Notes: generated by a model from the letters alone, not told the origin. A stretch of 64,000 nucleotides of DNA from Gammaproteobacteria bacterium (GCA_965243205.1 CBDEUK010000002.1:2208001-2272000), one strand, 5' to 3'; shown: positions 52,499 to 62,171, counted from the first letter of the stretch. Program-made: numbers and translations.

Positions 52499-52864
52499 AT
52501 GCCATTAGTAAACATTTCAATATTAAAAGGAAAATCACCTGAATATATTAAAGCCGTAACTGATGGGGTTAATTCCGCTGTGATTGAAACAATGGGCTTT
52601 CCTGATGATGATCGCTATCAGATTGTGCATGAAGTAGAGCCGCATTGTTTGCAGCTACAAGAAAGGGAAGGTGATCGAGTGATGATGTTTTTAATTATGC
52701 GTGCTGGTCGTTCTAATAAATCCAAACAAGCCTTTTATAAAAAGTGTGTTGAAAATTTAGCGAAGGATCCAGGCATTGATCCCGCGAATGTATTAATCAG
52801 TATTGTTGAAAACCACGATATAGATTGGTCATTCCGTGACGGCATCGCTCAATTTGTCGTTTAA
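52499..52864 (+). CDS. Tautomerase family protein
   Basis: Catalytic Pro2 (MPLVNI), P.DDRYQ, GRS...K, DWSF..G.AQ. Confidence 0.88.
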   Translation: MPLVNISILKGKSPEYIKAVTDGVNSAVIETMGFPDDDRYQIVHEVEPHCLQLQEREGDRVMMFLIMRAGRSNKSKQAFYKKCVENLAKDPGIDPANVLISIVENHDIDWSFRDGIAQFVV

Positions 52865-52894
52865 AAATTTATCGTAAAATATCTTTTCTATCGA

Positions 52895-54928
52895 TTAGAA
52901 AAGATATTTAACTTGAAAACGTAACATTCTTGGCTCAATTGGATGGAAGTGTCTATCTTCAATACCTGCTGCAGGCTCTCCGTTTAAACGAGAAGCATAA
53001 AAGTATTCGATATCACTATCATTGCTGTCGAATATATTTAATACATCTAATCCAAACTGCCAATTATCCGGTTTGTAATCAACACCAAGATTTACCACGG
53101 TAAGTGGATCGGATTCTACTTGACCAAAACTATCCAATGGCCGTTCACCAAAGTGTCTTACGCGCACGGTAGTACTCCAATCAGTGTACGGAGACCAAGT
53201 GAAACCAGTACTTAGCACGAATGGTAAGGAACCTTGAATTTCATTACCTTCACCCACAGCATCTTCAGAAAATTCTGACTCAGTCCAAGCGAGTTCAAAA
53301 TCCACACTGAAATCTTTACCTAACCAATAATACGCAGCTAATTCAAGACCATAACGTTCTGAGGAGCGACTGGCTTCGGTATTACCCGCATCACCGACAA
53401 ATAATAATTCAGAATCCAATTGTAAGTACCATAATGCAAGAGAGATATTGAAATGATTCGGATCGAAATAACGGATACCGATTTCTGTTCCTTCCCCACG
53501 AACTAATAAATCAACAGGATCGGTTGGATTACCTGAGCTTGGATCAACTGAGATCGTAGAACCACGTGCGTCGTTAGAATGAAATGATTGGCCCGCGTTG
53601 AAGTAAGTTTCCCAATCTTCGTCAATGGTGTAGCGCAAGCCAGCATTGAAACTGACTAAACTATCATCTGCATCACCACTATTCGCAGCCAAGTTACTAT
53701 CGACTTCTGCAGAGAGATAATCGTAACGCACACCTATTGTTGAAGCTAACTTCTGGGTTAGAGCAATTTCAGTTTCCCAAAACAAGCCAACCGAATATTC
53801 ATCAACACTATCTTGTCTAACAGTACTTAAGCGTTGGCGATTTCGTGTGCGATTTAAAGCAACTTCGTCAATTTCATCATAACGAAATTGAACACCGTAA
53901 TAATGTTGAACAGGTAAGTTTAATAGTGAATGATTCATGTAATGACTGACATCACCACCGTAGATCATACGATCATCTACTTGCTCGAATTGGTCACCAT
54001 TCACAGGGTCGTCTAAGAAATAGGTAAAGTTTGAAAATAGATCTAATTGAGAGTGAATGGCATAAGCATTAACTGTCCAGCCTGAATATTGCCAACTACC
54101 AGATACACTGTAACGTTCAGAATCACCACCAACGGTAGTATCAAGTGAACCTAATTCTGAGATTAATCCGCTATCAACCGCACGTTGAGGAATTTGATCT
54201 GCAGAATTCCATTCATTGTTGTACGCCATAAAGGTTAAAGAAAGTTTGCCTTTGGACAGAGATTTATTCCACCGCGCTAAACCATTAAATTTTTTCACGC
54301 CTTCTTCGATATCATCCCAAGGACCATCATAGAAATGCGACTCTATGCCAAGTAACAATTCACTATCTTCTAATTCAAAACTCTTTCCCGCCACATTACG
54401 AAAAAAATTATATTCACCAATTTCTGATGATATAAATGCATTATCTAGCCTGTTCATTAAAAAGAAATCAGCAGCACCGGCTGTTGAGAAGTCTCCATTC
54501 TCACTGTGGTAAGGTCCTTTTTGATAATCAATGCGATCTATGAATTCGGGAATAATAAAATTAAGGTCGGTATAGCCTTGACCATGACCATGTGTACGCA
54601 TATTAATCGGCATCCCATCAATGGTGGTTCTAAAATCAGTTCCATGATCTAAATTAAACCCACGTAAAAAATACTGATTGGCTTTGCCAGAACCACTGTG
54701 TTGGGTCACTACCATGCCAGGAATAAACTCTAATATTTCGCCAGAACGTAACAAGGGCCGATTTTCAATTTCATTACGACCAATGATGCCCTCTGACGCT
54801 GTAACCGCTTCTCCAATTAAATTAGTTTCATGACCCACAATCACAACTTCATCCAACTCCGCTGAGTGAGCGTGTACATTACTTGATATGCAAGTTGTAG
54901 TGACCAATAACATGGCTTTTTTAATCAT
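52895..54928 (-). CDS. TonB-dependent receptor, putative Ni/Co/Zn-type
   Basis: TonB box DEVVIVG; QHSGSGKANQYFLRGFNLDHGTDF, HGHGQGY, FHSNDAR; C-terminal HFHP.EPR...YLF. Confidence 0.88.
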   Translation of the reverse strand: MIKKAMLLVTTTCISSNVHAHSAELDEVVIVGHETNLIGEAVTASEGIIGRNEIENRPLLRSGEILEFIPGMVVTQHSGSGKANQYFLRGFNLDHGTDFRTTIDGMPINMRTHGHGQGYTDLNFIIPEFIDRIDYQKGPYHSENGDFSTAGAADFFLMNRLDNAFISSEIGEYNFFRNVAGKSFELEDSELLLGIESHFYDGPWDDIEEGVKKFNGLARWNKSLSKGKLSLTFMAYNNEWNSADQIPQRAVDSGLISELGSLDTTVGGDSERYSVSGSWQYSGWTVNAYAIHSQLDLFSNFTYFLDDPVNGDQFEQVDDRMIYGGDVSHYMNHSLLNLPVQHYYGVQFRYDEIDEVALNRTRNRQRLSTVRQDSVDEYSVGLFWETEIALTQKLASTIGVRYDYLSAEVDSNLAANSGDADDSLVSFNAGLRYTIDEDWETYFNAGQSFHSNDARGSTISVDPSSGNPTDPVDLLVRGEGTEIGIRYFDPNHFNISLALWYLQLDSELLFVGDAGNTEASRSSERYGLELAAYYWLGKDFSVDFELAWTESEFSEDAVGEGNEIQGSLPFVLSTGFTWSPYTDWSTTVRVRHFGERPLDSFGQVESDPLTVVNLGVDYKPDNWQFGLDVLNIFDSNDSDIEYFYASRLNGEPAAGIEDRHFHPIEPRMLRFQVKYLF

Positions 54929-54965
54929 TTATATACACCTTTAAAAATTTTGATTCTCGTAATTT

Positions 54966-54985
54966 GACATGTGTTTACATATGTT
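54966..54985. promoter_or_regulatory. Two adjacent BlaI/CopY-like operator boxes
   Basis: GACA-TG-TGTT and TACA-TA-TGTT resemble TACA-N2-TGTA, between the TBDR and blaI-like genes. Confidence 0.45.
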
Positions 54986-54997
54986 AGGGTTTACCAT

Positions 54998-55026
54998 ATG
55001 CAAATAATAATTGTTTTCATTTGCAT
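54998..55026. promoter_or_regulatory. Fur-like box with 8-bp inverted arms
   Basis: ATGCAAAT-AATAATTGTTTTC-ATTTGCAT; core resembles AATGAnAATnATTnTCATT. Confidence 0.6.
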
Positions 55027-55107
55027 TTGGGGTATATTAAACGAGAAAAAAAAACCGACAATACATCGGTTTTATTGGGTTTTATTCATAGCCATAAACG
55101 GTAATTC

Positions 55108-55497
55108 ATGTCGTATAAACAACTACAACTTGGTGAAAGAGAAATCTCAGTATTAGAGATTTTATGGCGTGATGGTATGCACAGCGCTAAGTCGGTGCGT
55201 GAGAAACTTGCAGAAAATACTGACCTTGCCTTAAGTACCGTACAATCTACTCTGGAGCGTCTTTATAAAAAAGGGATTCTGATTCGTGAGAAAAAAAGTC
55301 ACGCGTATGTATACGAATGTAATATCAGTCGACGTGAGTTGTTAGGAGATTTATTAGACGATGTTATAGGGCAACTTAATAATGGACACCACGAGCCTGT
55401 GCTTTCCAGTTTTATCGATTATGCTGAACGTCTTGATGAAAATTCATTAAACGATTTAGAGCGGTTAATTCAAAAGCGTATAGAGGAACGAAAATAG
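55108..55497 (+). CDS. BlaI/MecI/CopY family repressor
   Basis: LGERE..VL..LW, STVQSTLERL..KG...R.K...AYVY. Confidence 0.92.
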   Translation: MSYKQLQLGEREISVLEILWRDGMHSAKSVREKLAENTDLALSTVQSTLERLYKKGILIREKKSHAYVYECNISRRELLGDLLDDVIGQLNNGHHEPVLSSFIDYAERLDENSLNDLERLIQKRIEERK

Positions 55498-55499
55498 TC

Positions 55500-56444
55500 A
55501 TGGGAGTTTATACACATCTCGCTATTTATTGCGTTAGCTTTATGCTTTTGTTTGTAATCCTATCTATGGTCGCCTTATCTTTAAATCATAGTGTTATCCG
55601 ATCGATAGAAGACATTGTGCCTGAACAACGTGTAAAAATATTAGGCGTTTTTGCGTTTTCACCATTGTTAATTAGCTCCATGACTTCCAGCTTTTTGTTT
55701 TCACCTATTGGCAATCAACTGATCGATACACATTGTCATCTGGATGAATGTGGGCGACACATACCATTCACATCAACTGAAACCTGGTTATTTTCTATAG
55801 CGCCTATTTCCATACTACTTGGTTTAATGGTGATGTTTTTGATGATTAAATTACTGCGTCAACATTGGCAACAATCCCGTTTATGGCGAAAATTTTCCAG
55901 TAACAATGGTGGATATTATTTAATTGATCATGAATCACCAGTTGCTTTTACATTAGGATTGTTCAAACCTGATATTTATATTTCCAAAGGCTTAGTTGAC
56001 AACTTACAACAAGAAGATATTAATGTTGTTATTCAACATGAAACAGCACATATAAAAAGACATGATAATTTCTTTCGTTTAGTCGTTTCGATGAGTACCG
56101 TTCTCTTTTTTAAAAATGCTCGTGCTCATTTAATAGAACAATTTAACCTCGCACAAGAAATGGCATGCGATAATTACGCTGCAAAAAAAGTTAAAGACAA
56201 GCTCACAGTTGCTCAAACACTATTAAAAGTGAACCGTTGCGTGGTGGCCGATGACAATATTGCATTGTGCGGCATTAAAGGCGACGGTACTAAGATTGAA
56301 CAACGTATAAGGGCCTTATTAGATTCGGATAACTTCATGGTTCCTGCTTTTCTATTACCATTACTATTGACTGCAGTATTTTTAATTCCATCTCTTTTAA
56401 CCGATCCTGTTCATCATATTATTGAACACCTACTTCGCATCTAA
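55500..56444 (+). CDS. M56 (BlaR1-type) membrane metallopeptidase without penicillin-binding domain
   Basis: PVAFTLGLFKP.IYIS, HETAH (HExxH) ..RHDN, EMACD, RIRALL; HCHxxxCxxH loop. Confidence 0.88.
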   Translation: MGVYTHLAIYCVSFMLLFVILSMVALSLNHSVIRSIEDIVPEQRVKILGVFAFSPLLISSMTSSFLFSPIGNQLIDTHCHLDECGRHIPFTSTETWLFSIAPISILLGLMVMFLMIKLLRQHWQQSRLWRKFSSNNGGYYLIDHESPVAFTLGLFKPDIYISKGLVDNLQQEDINVVIQHETAHIKRHDNFFRLVVSMSTVLFFKNARAHLIEQFNLAQEMACDNYAAKKVKDKLTVAQTLLKVNRCVVADDNIALCGIKGDGTKIEQRIRALLDSDNFMVPAFLLPLLLTAVFLIPSLLTDPVHHIIEHLLRI

Positions 56445-56458
56445 TCTGCCTAATAGCT

Positions 56459-59400
56459 TTAGGCAGAAGCACCTGTCGTTCTTGATTGTCTGAACATTCC
56501 AAGTAATACAAAGAACAGCATTACTAAACCAGCAATAATAAGAATCCAATCATAAGGAGTTTCTGTTTCTTCCATTTCGTTTTGTTCTACTTTTTCCAAC
56601 TGTTGTCCTTCTACTTGTTGAGCACCTGAGCTTGGCGCTTCTGCACTAGCAGCTTGTGGGGCAGGGATGTTTAAATTCAATCCAAACCCAGTCGCTGATT
56701 GATTAATAAACTCGCGCAGTTTTTCATTATCAACATAATGATCAAACTCTTTCACGATTTCATCATAACGCTCAATCATTTTTTTAATGGTCGTTTCGTC
56801 AGCTTGCCAATATTCCTTACGTACAGCTTCAAGCATACGTTCTAACATTCTCGCTTGCGCATTTGGATTCACTTCTTCAAAGAATTTATCGATATCTAAT
56901 TCTAATGAATCTTCTATGTATACTTCGAAGAAGCTTTGCCATTGATCATCACGCACGATATTTGGATCCATGACTTGCCAACCCCAAAAATTATCAATGC
57001 GGGCGCTCATCTCTACTGCGCCACTATAACCTTCTTCCATCATCTCTGTTATCCAACGAGGATGAAAATTTCGAGTGCGTAATTCTTTTGCTAAGAATAT
57101 ATCAGCGGTTTCAGTTTTGACTTTATTTGGGTTACGTAAATTACTGATGACCATTTCAGGACTTTTGCCATCGATGCTTCTAACAGCTAATGATAAAGAA
57201 CCAAAATATTCAAAAGGGTCGTCAGTGCTTAACATGCCATAAAGATTAGATGAGCGTGAGTGCATAGCGATGTCAGTACCAGAAAGTTGTTTGGCAAATA
57301 GATTGACGTTTTCAACTTTTTTACCATAGCGTTCGTTATCAGAACCATAATAGCTGCCCATATTATTCATAAATAAATCGGCAATAACTTTATCGTCTTC
57401 CCATGTGTCACTAGCAAATGTAGCATCATCAGCGCCAGAACCATGTTTGCCAGGAGCATTAGAGAAGACGCGCACAGATGATAAGTATTCTGCTTCTTCT
57501 GCTTCAATACCTTCGGCTTTGAGTTCTTCAGCAATACGTTGACTATTACGCCAAACAGGGTTGCCTTCTTCTTTTAGTTTGGCAATCTTTTCAATTCCTT
57601 TTGCAAGGTATTGCATAATGTTAGGAAAGGCATCGCGGTATAAACCAGTAGCAGATAACACTACATCAACACGAGGACGTTTGAGTTCTGATGCAGGAAT
57701 GATTTCGGAATCTACGACTCGACCATCTGGCGACCAAATCGGTCGTAAACCTAAAGCTCTTAATGCTTGCGCTTCAGTAACACCATACTGGCGCATAGTT
57801 TCAATCGACCATAATGTAAAAGCTAATTTATCTGGGTATTCGCCATGTTTGGCGTAGTAATTTGCAATCGCTTCTTCAACTAATTCTTCACCTTGCTCAT
57901 AAGCGGCTTTCGTTGGAACTCGAGCTGGATCAAAACCGTATAAGTTATAGCCGGTTGGTATAGCATCCGCATTGCGTAGTGGATCACCACCATTGGTTAC
58001 TGGGATATATTTTCCATTTAGAAAAGCAATAGTATTATCCAATTCTTTCATCGCTAGAAGATTACGATAGTTCTGTCGGCCTTCTTCAATAAATGTTTTT
58101 AATTCATCTGATAATTTTTCAAATGCGACAGGAGGTTCATGTTGATGATTATGATCAGATTCATGTTCGTGATCATGAGAATGTTCATCTTCATGTTTAT
58201 GATCTCCATGATCATGGTCATGAGTTTTGTTCTCTTCTTTATCGATAGCAGCAACCACATAATCTCTTACAGTTTTAAATCCAGCGAGTTGAGATAAATC
58301 TGTTTGCTCTTCATGAAAGCCATGATCTGTATCTTTGCCATGCTCATGTTCATCATGAGAGTGATCCTGTTTACCATGATCATGGTCGTGTTCATCATGG
58401 TCACCATGACTATGAGAGCCGCCATGGGCGTTACCCTTATAGTATTTTTTCTCAAACTTAGCAGCTTCGCCAATAAAGTCAGAGCCTAACATTTGTACTA
58501 TTGTTGAAATGACTAATTCTTTACGTGGTAATTCACCGAATGAATGCAAACCGAGTGGTTGACTCATACCTGATAACTCACCCATATAATCATGTAATTG
58601 TTTTAAGAAAGCAGGAAAATCAGCATTGATTTGTTCTTTATTTAAATCTAAGTCATCACAAATATTATTTTCATAGCAGACCTTAACAATTTGTTCACCC
58701 GTTTTTGCTTTCACACCACCTTCAGCTAATGCATTGTATTCATGCATTAGGTTATGAATGTCAGCCAAGTCGCCTTGTAAACCTGAAGCAGCAAATGGAG
58801 GCGTCATGTGTGAGATAACAGTGGCACGACCGCGACGTTTGGTTTGCATAGCTTCACCAACATCATCAACAATAAAAGGATAAAGAATCGGTGTATCCCA
58901 TACCGCTAAGTTAGGATGATCATACATACCCGGCACGCGTTCTTTACCATATAAATATTCTTGCGAACCATGCGTTCCATAATGAATGATTGCATCACTG
59001 TTCCAATGTTCACGGGCATAGTAATAACCCGCTAAATAAAAATGGTTAATTGGAATTTCTTCATCATGGTAAATACGTTCAGCTTCTTCTTTGTTATCTG
59101 CTCTTGGAGGTTGGCGCATCACTAACATATTGCCGTTATGAATACGTGGGATCAGTAAATAGTGTTCGCCATCGCGCTCAACGGTCATAAAGCTGTCTTT
59201 TGGATGTCCCCAGTAATCCATGATTTTTTTCGTTATAGGTTCTGGTAAGTCATTAAACCATTTCATGTACTCATCTATAGGTAATAGCTCAGCGAGATCA
59301 TCTTTAAGTAACACATCAATATTTTCACCTAATCGATCATCACGATAAAATGGTTCTAAAATCGCTTTAGCGCGGTCGCTATAAAAATCGTATTCATAAG

Positions 59401-60670
59401 GTTCGATGTTATAGCCTTCGTTATTTAAACGATGGGCTAAGGTATGTAAACTATCAGGCACATTTAAAAACGAAGCTCCTATATCTTCTCCACCCCAAAC
59501 CATGACAGTGATTTTTTTGTCTGCATTCGCTTTGTATTTTAAACTCGCCATTCGCATAGCTTTGGTTATCATATGATCAAGTTGATAATCGATACTTTGC
59601 CAGTTTGCTTCATTACTATTGCCCGATATCTGCTGCACTTCTTCTTCAGACATCGTCGCAATCGTCAAAGGATCAATCACGCCAGCTGATTCAGGAAGTA
59701 CTAACATGAAAGAAGTCATCATTGGCGAAATGCCTTGTATATCATCTTCCCAAGCTTTTTGATCGCCATCAAAATAGGTTAGCGCTTGTAAAACAGGCAC
59801 ACCAAATTTTTCAAACTCAGCTTTACGTTTATTGGCCCAATGCAGTAAACGAAAATTGATGATGACATCGACAAGTGTTTTGTCATCTTTTTGTATTAAC
59901 AAACTATAGTCACTGGCAAATGGACTTAATTCGAAATAGAAAGGCCAAGCAATTGCACCTTGCTCTTCAATACGTTTAATGGTTGCATCTATTACCGATG
60001 TTTGTATGGTTTCAATGGATGCACGTTGGATCATTACTCCAATCACAGGTGTTTTACCATCGATTGTTTTACCTTGTTTTTCTAGCCAAGTGATATAGCT
60101 TTCTTTACTAGGAAAGATCAGGTTTTCATTCTTTGGATGATAGAGACCAATTTTTGGAAAAACGACTGGAGGTAATATCGCTTGCTGAGTATTGTTATCG
60201 AATACACGATAACGTAAAAAATTTAAAAGCCTAGCGAAGTTCTTTTTACCGCCATTTTCATAGTAGGCAATAATTTCATTTGCATAATTTTCTGACAAGC
60301 CATTCAGATAACCTTCTTCCGTTTTCATTGCCATAGTTTGAGTTGCTACTTTAGAAATATAAGGTAAGAACTTTGCAAAACTTTGTTTATTATCATGACG
60401 TGAAACACCATCAAAAATAACGAGACGATGTTTATTAAATTCTTCTAGAGCAGCTAGCTCATCAGTAAAGTCTGCTGCAGCTTTTTGTTGAACTTTAATT
60501 CCGTAATCTAATGAATCTTGTTTTAAGAGTTGTACTTTAGCAGTATTGCTGTGAGAACCACTGACAAATAATATTGAATCTTCTGCTAATAGATTTGAAG
60601 TTAATACTGTGAATAGTAAAACAGATTTAACAATAATACGGATCATTGAAGAACGTAACATCTGAAACAA
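56459..60670 (-). CDS. CobN/Mg-chelatase-family protein, exported type (HmuS/BtuS/PA1923-like), with His-rich inserts
   Basis: HYGTHGSQEYLYGKE, YPFIVDDVGEAMQTKRRG, LHSFG, PTGYNLYGFDP, RPRVDVV..ATGLYRD, FWGWQV; N-terminal signal peptide and C-terminal TM. Start may be a few codons downstream. Confidence 0.88.
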   Translation of the reverse strand: MFQMLRSSMIRIIVKSVLLFTVLTSNLLAEDSILFVSGSHSNTAKVQLLKQDSLDYGIKVQQKAAADFTDELAALEEFNKHRLVIFDGVSRHDNKQSFAKFLPYISKVATQTMAMKTEEGYLNGLSENYANEIIAYYENGGKKNFARLLNFLRYRVFDNNTQQAILPPVVFPKIGLYHPKNENLIFPSKESYITWLEKQGKTIDGKTPVIGVMIQRASIETIQTSVIDATIKRIEEQGAIAWPFYFELSPFASDYSLLIQKDDKTLVDVIINFRLLHWANKRKAEFEKFGVPVLQALTYFDGDQKAWEDDIQGISPMMTSFMLVLPESAGVIDPLTIATMSEEEVQQISGNSNEANWQSIDYQLDHMITKAMRMASLKYKANADKKITVMVWGGEDIGASFLNVPDSLHTLAHRLNNEGYNIEPYEYDFYSDRAKAILEPFYRDDRLGENIDVLLKDDLAELLPIDEYMKWFNDLPEPITKKIMDYWGHPKDSFMTVERDGEHYLLIPRIHNGNMLVMRQPPRADNKEEAERIYHDEEIPINHFYLAGYYYAREHWNSDAIIHYGTHGSQEYLYGKERVPGMYDHPNLAVWDTPILYPFIVDDVGEAMQTKRRGRATVISHMTPPFAASGLQGDLADIHNLMHEYNALAEGGVKAKTGEQIVKVCYENNICDDLDLNKEQINADFPAFLKQLHDYMGELSGMSQPLGLHSFGELPRKELVISTIVQMLGSDFIGEAAKFEKKYYKGNAHGGSHSHGDHDEHDHDHGKQDHSHDEHEHGKDTDHGFHEEQTDLSQLAGFKTVRDYVVAAIDKEENKTHDHDHGDHKHEDEHSHDHEHESDHNHQHEPPVAFEKLSDELKTFIEEGRQNYRNLLAMKELDNTIAFLNGKYIPVTNGGDPLRNADAIPTGYNLYGFDPARVPTKAAYEQGEELVEEAIANYYAKHGEYPDKLAFTLWSIETMRQYGVTEAQALRALGLRPIWSPDGRVVDSEIIPASELKRPRVDVVLSATGLYRDAFPNIMQYLAKGIEKIAKLKEEGNPVWRNSQRIAEELKAEGIEAEEAEYLSSVRVFSNAPGKHGSGADDATFASDTWEDDKVIADLFMNNMGSYYGSDNERYGKKVENVNLFAKQLSGTDIAMHSRSSNLYGMLSTDDPFEYFGSLSLAVRSIDGKSPEMVISNLRNPNKVKTETADIFLAKELRTRNFHPRWITEMMEEGYSGAVEMSARIDNFWGWQVMDPNIVRDDQWQSFFEVYIEDSLELDIDKFFEEVNPNAQARMLERMLEAVRKEYWQADETTIKKMIERYDEIVKEFDHYVDNEKLREFINQSATGFGLNLNIPAPQAASAEAPSSGAQQVEGQQLEKVEQNEMEETETPYDWILIIAGLVMLFFVLLGMFRQSRTTGASA

Positions 60671-60737
60671 ACTCCTAGTAAAATAAATATCGCTGTGTTC
60701 AACAACGTATAATTAACAATATAAATATTTAAATTCT

Positions 60738-61055
60738 TTATTTTGATTCTGATTCGGGCACGTAAACGATAGAACCATCAGGCATTTTGTAAGCAACCCC
60801 TGCACGCACACCTTCACCAGTTCCAATCTCACCACTGCTTTTGTAGGTTTCTATTTTTTCACCCTCTTTAATAGTGAGTTCCATATTAGGTTGTCCCGCA
60901 TTTTTTATAACGGTGACGGTTTCATCTGTGAAAGGATTTAAAGGGTTCTGGGCGATAGAGATAAGTAGTGCCGCAATTAATACAAGAAATACATCCACTA
61001 AATTAATGACGGATAAAATAGGATTACTGGATTCGTCTTCATCGAGCAAACGCAT
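60738..61055 (-). CDS. DUF2149 protein (ExbD-like partner, HmuV-like)
   Basis: NPILSVINLVDVFLV, VIKNAG.PNME...K.G.KIE.YK, G.G.RAG.AY...DG.IVYVPE. Confidence 0.88.
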   Translation of the reverse strand: MRLLDEDESSNPILSVINLVDVFLVLIAALLISIAQNPLNPFTDETVTVIKNAGQPNMELTIKEGEKIETYKSSGEIGTGEGVRAGVAYKMPDGSIVYVPESESK

Positions 61056-61057
61056 TT

Positions 61058-61618
61058 CTATACTCCTTGCTCTTTGCTTTTGTTTTCTGCTTTATCTAAA
61101 GTCTTAGTGACATCGACTAATTCAGACGCAAGCCATTTCTTTTTTATACTGGCAATCCAAAACGTTACTGAAGCGATAACGAGACCGAATATCACAGCAG
61201 AAAATGCAATGATGAGATTTTCACTGATGCCTTGAATATTACCGTTAGCTAGGCTTTTTAATGCAGGCCCCATTGGAATCATAGTGGCAATTAAACCTAA
61301 CATTGGTGCCAGTCGACTCACTGCGCGAACTCCTTCAAGTTCTTTCATCGCTGCGACATCTAATTCATCTTTATTAATAATTGATTGGCTCTTTGCTAAC
61401 GTTAAGATTGGGTAACCTTTTGGAATAGAATGATCAGAATCATCTAAATTAGAAAGCATAGATTTGTATTGAGTACTACCCGACTTACGTTGCCAAAATT
61501 GCATTATGAAACAGCCGGTCTGATAGCATGTATAGGCGAATAAAATCACCAAAAGTAAAAGCACAGGCATCATGAAATAACCCGAAACCTGATACATTAA
61601 GTGTTCTAAGTAATTCAT
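61058..61618 (-). CDS. MotA/TolQ/ExbB proton-channel family protein
   Basis: RLAPMLGLIATMIPMGPAL, L.IAFSAVIFGL. Confidence 0.88.
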   Translation of the reverse strand: MNYLEHLMYQVSGYFMMPVLLLLVILFAYTCYQTGCFIMQFWQRKSGSTQYKSMLSNLDDSDHSIPKGYPILTLAKSQSIINKDELDVAAMKELEGVRAVSRLAPMLGLIATMIPMGPALKSLANGNIQGISENLIIAFSAVIFGLVIASVTFWIASIKKKWLASELVDVTKTLDKAENKSKEQGV

Positions 61619-61638
61619 AATGTAGGGTTGGTTATTGT

Positions 61639-61902
61639 TTAGTGAATTGAATGGTTTTTACTATTTTTGCAATAGGAAAAATTTTCGTGGGCATTTTTTA
61701 CTTTAGTTAGCCAGAACATCTTGCTTTGCTCTATTGCTACTTTTACTCCATTGTTTTTCTCATAGCTCGGGTGCTGCTGAATAAGATCAAATAGATGCAG
61801 CAAAGTCATGATCTGAGTTTCATGTGGCGATTGTATGTAATTTGTCGTCAATCGAAGTATTGAGGACATCAAGTCCGTTATTTCTACTGGGTTTTCTTGC
61901 AT
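61639..61902 (-). CDS. Hypothetical small helical protein, first gene of the exbB-DUF2149-cobN-like operon
   Basis: 87-aa ORF co-oriented with the ExbB-like gene and 20 bp from it, directly below the Fur-like boxes. Confidence 0.55.
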   Translation of the reverse strand: MQENPVEITDLMSSILRLTTNYIQSPHETQIMTLLHLFDLIQQHPSYEKNNGVKVAIEQSKMFWLTKVKNAHENFSYCKNSKNHSIH

Positions 61903-61945
61903 AAGGAATTATCAAAATTTGAGTTGTTTTATGTAATAGATTATA

Positions 61946-61990
61946 AATAGAAATAATTCTTATTTGCAAATAATAATGATTTTTATTAAT
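61946..61990. promoter_or_regulatory. Tandem Fur-like boxes in a divergent promoter
   Basis: AATAGAAATAATTCTTATTTGCAAATAATAATGATTTTTATTAAT; AATAATGATTTTTATTAAT matches 13/19 of GATAATGATAATCATTATC; central palindrome TTATTTGCAAATAA. Confidence 0.6.
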
Positions 61991-62171
61991 ATCTTTATTG
62001 TCATTTGATTGACAACACATGCTTTAGTCGGATGGAGAGGGCATCTTTTAAAAGCATGAAGTTCATTTATATAGAATGGCCAATATGTACGGAAAGACGT
62101 ATTTCGTCTTCAGGCGCTCCTAAATTACGGTCAGTTCGTAAATTTAATACGTAATTTTTGAGGATAAGAAT

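Noticed and set aside
56459-62171. Cobalamin biosynthesis gene or B12 riboswitch
   Set aside because: No cobS/cobT or other cob genes, the protein appears exported, and no B12-box motifs were seen upstream; the symbol cobN is therefore not assigned.
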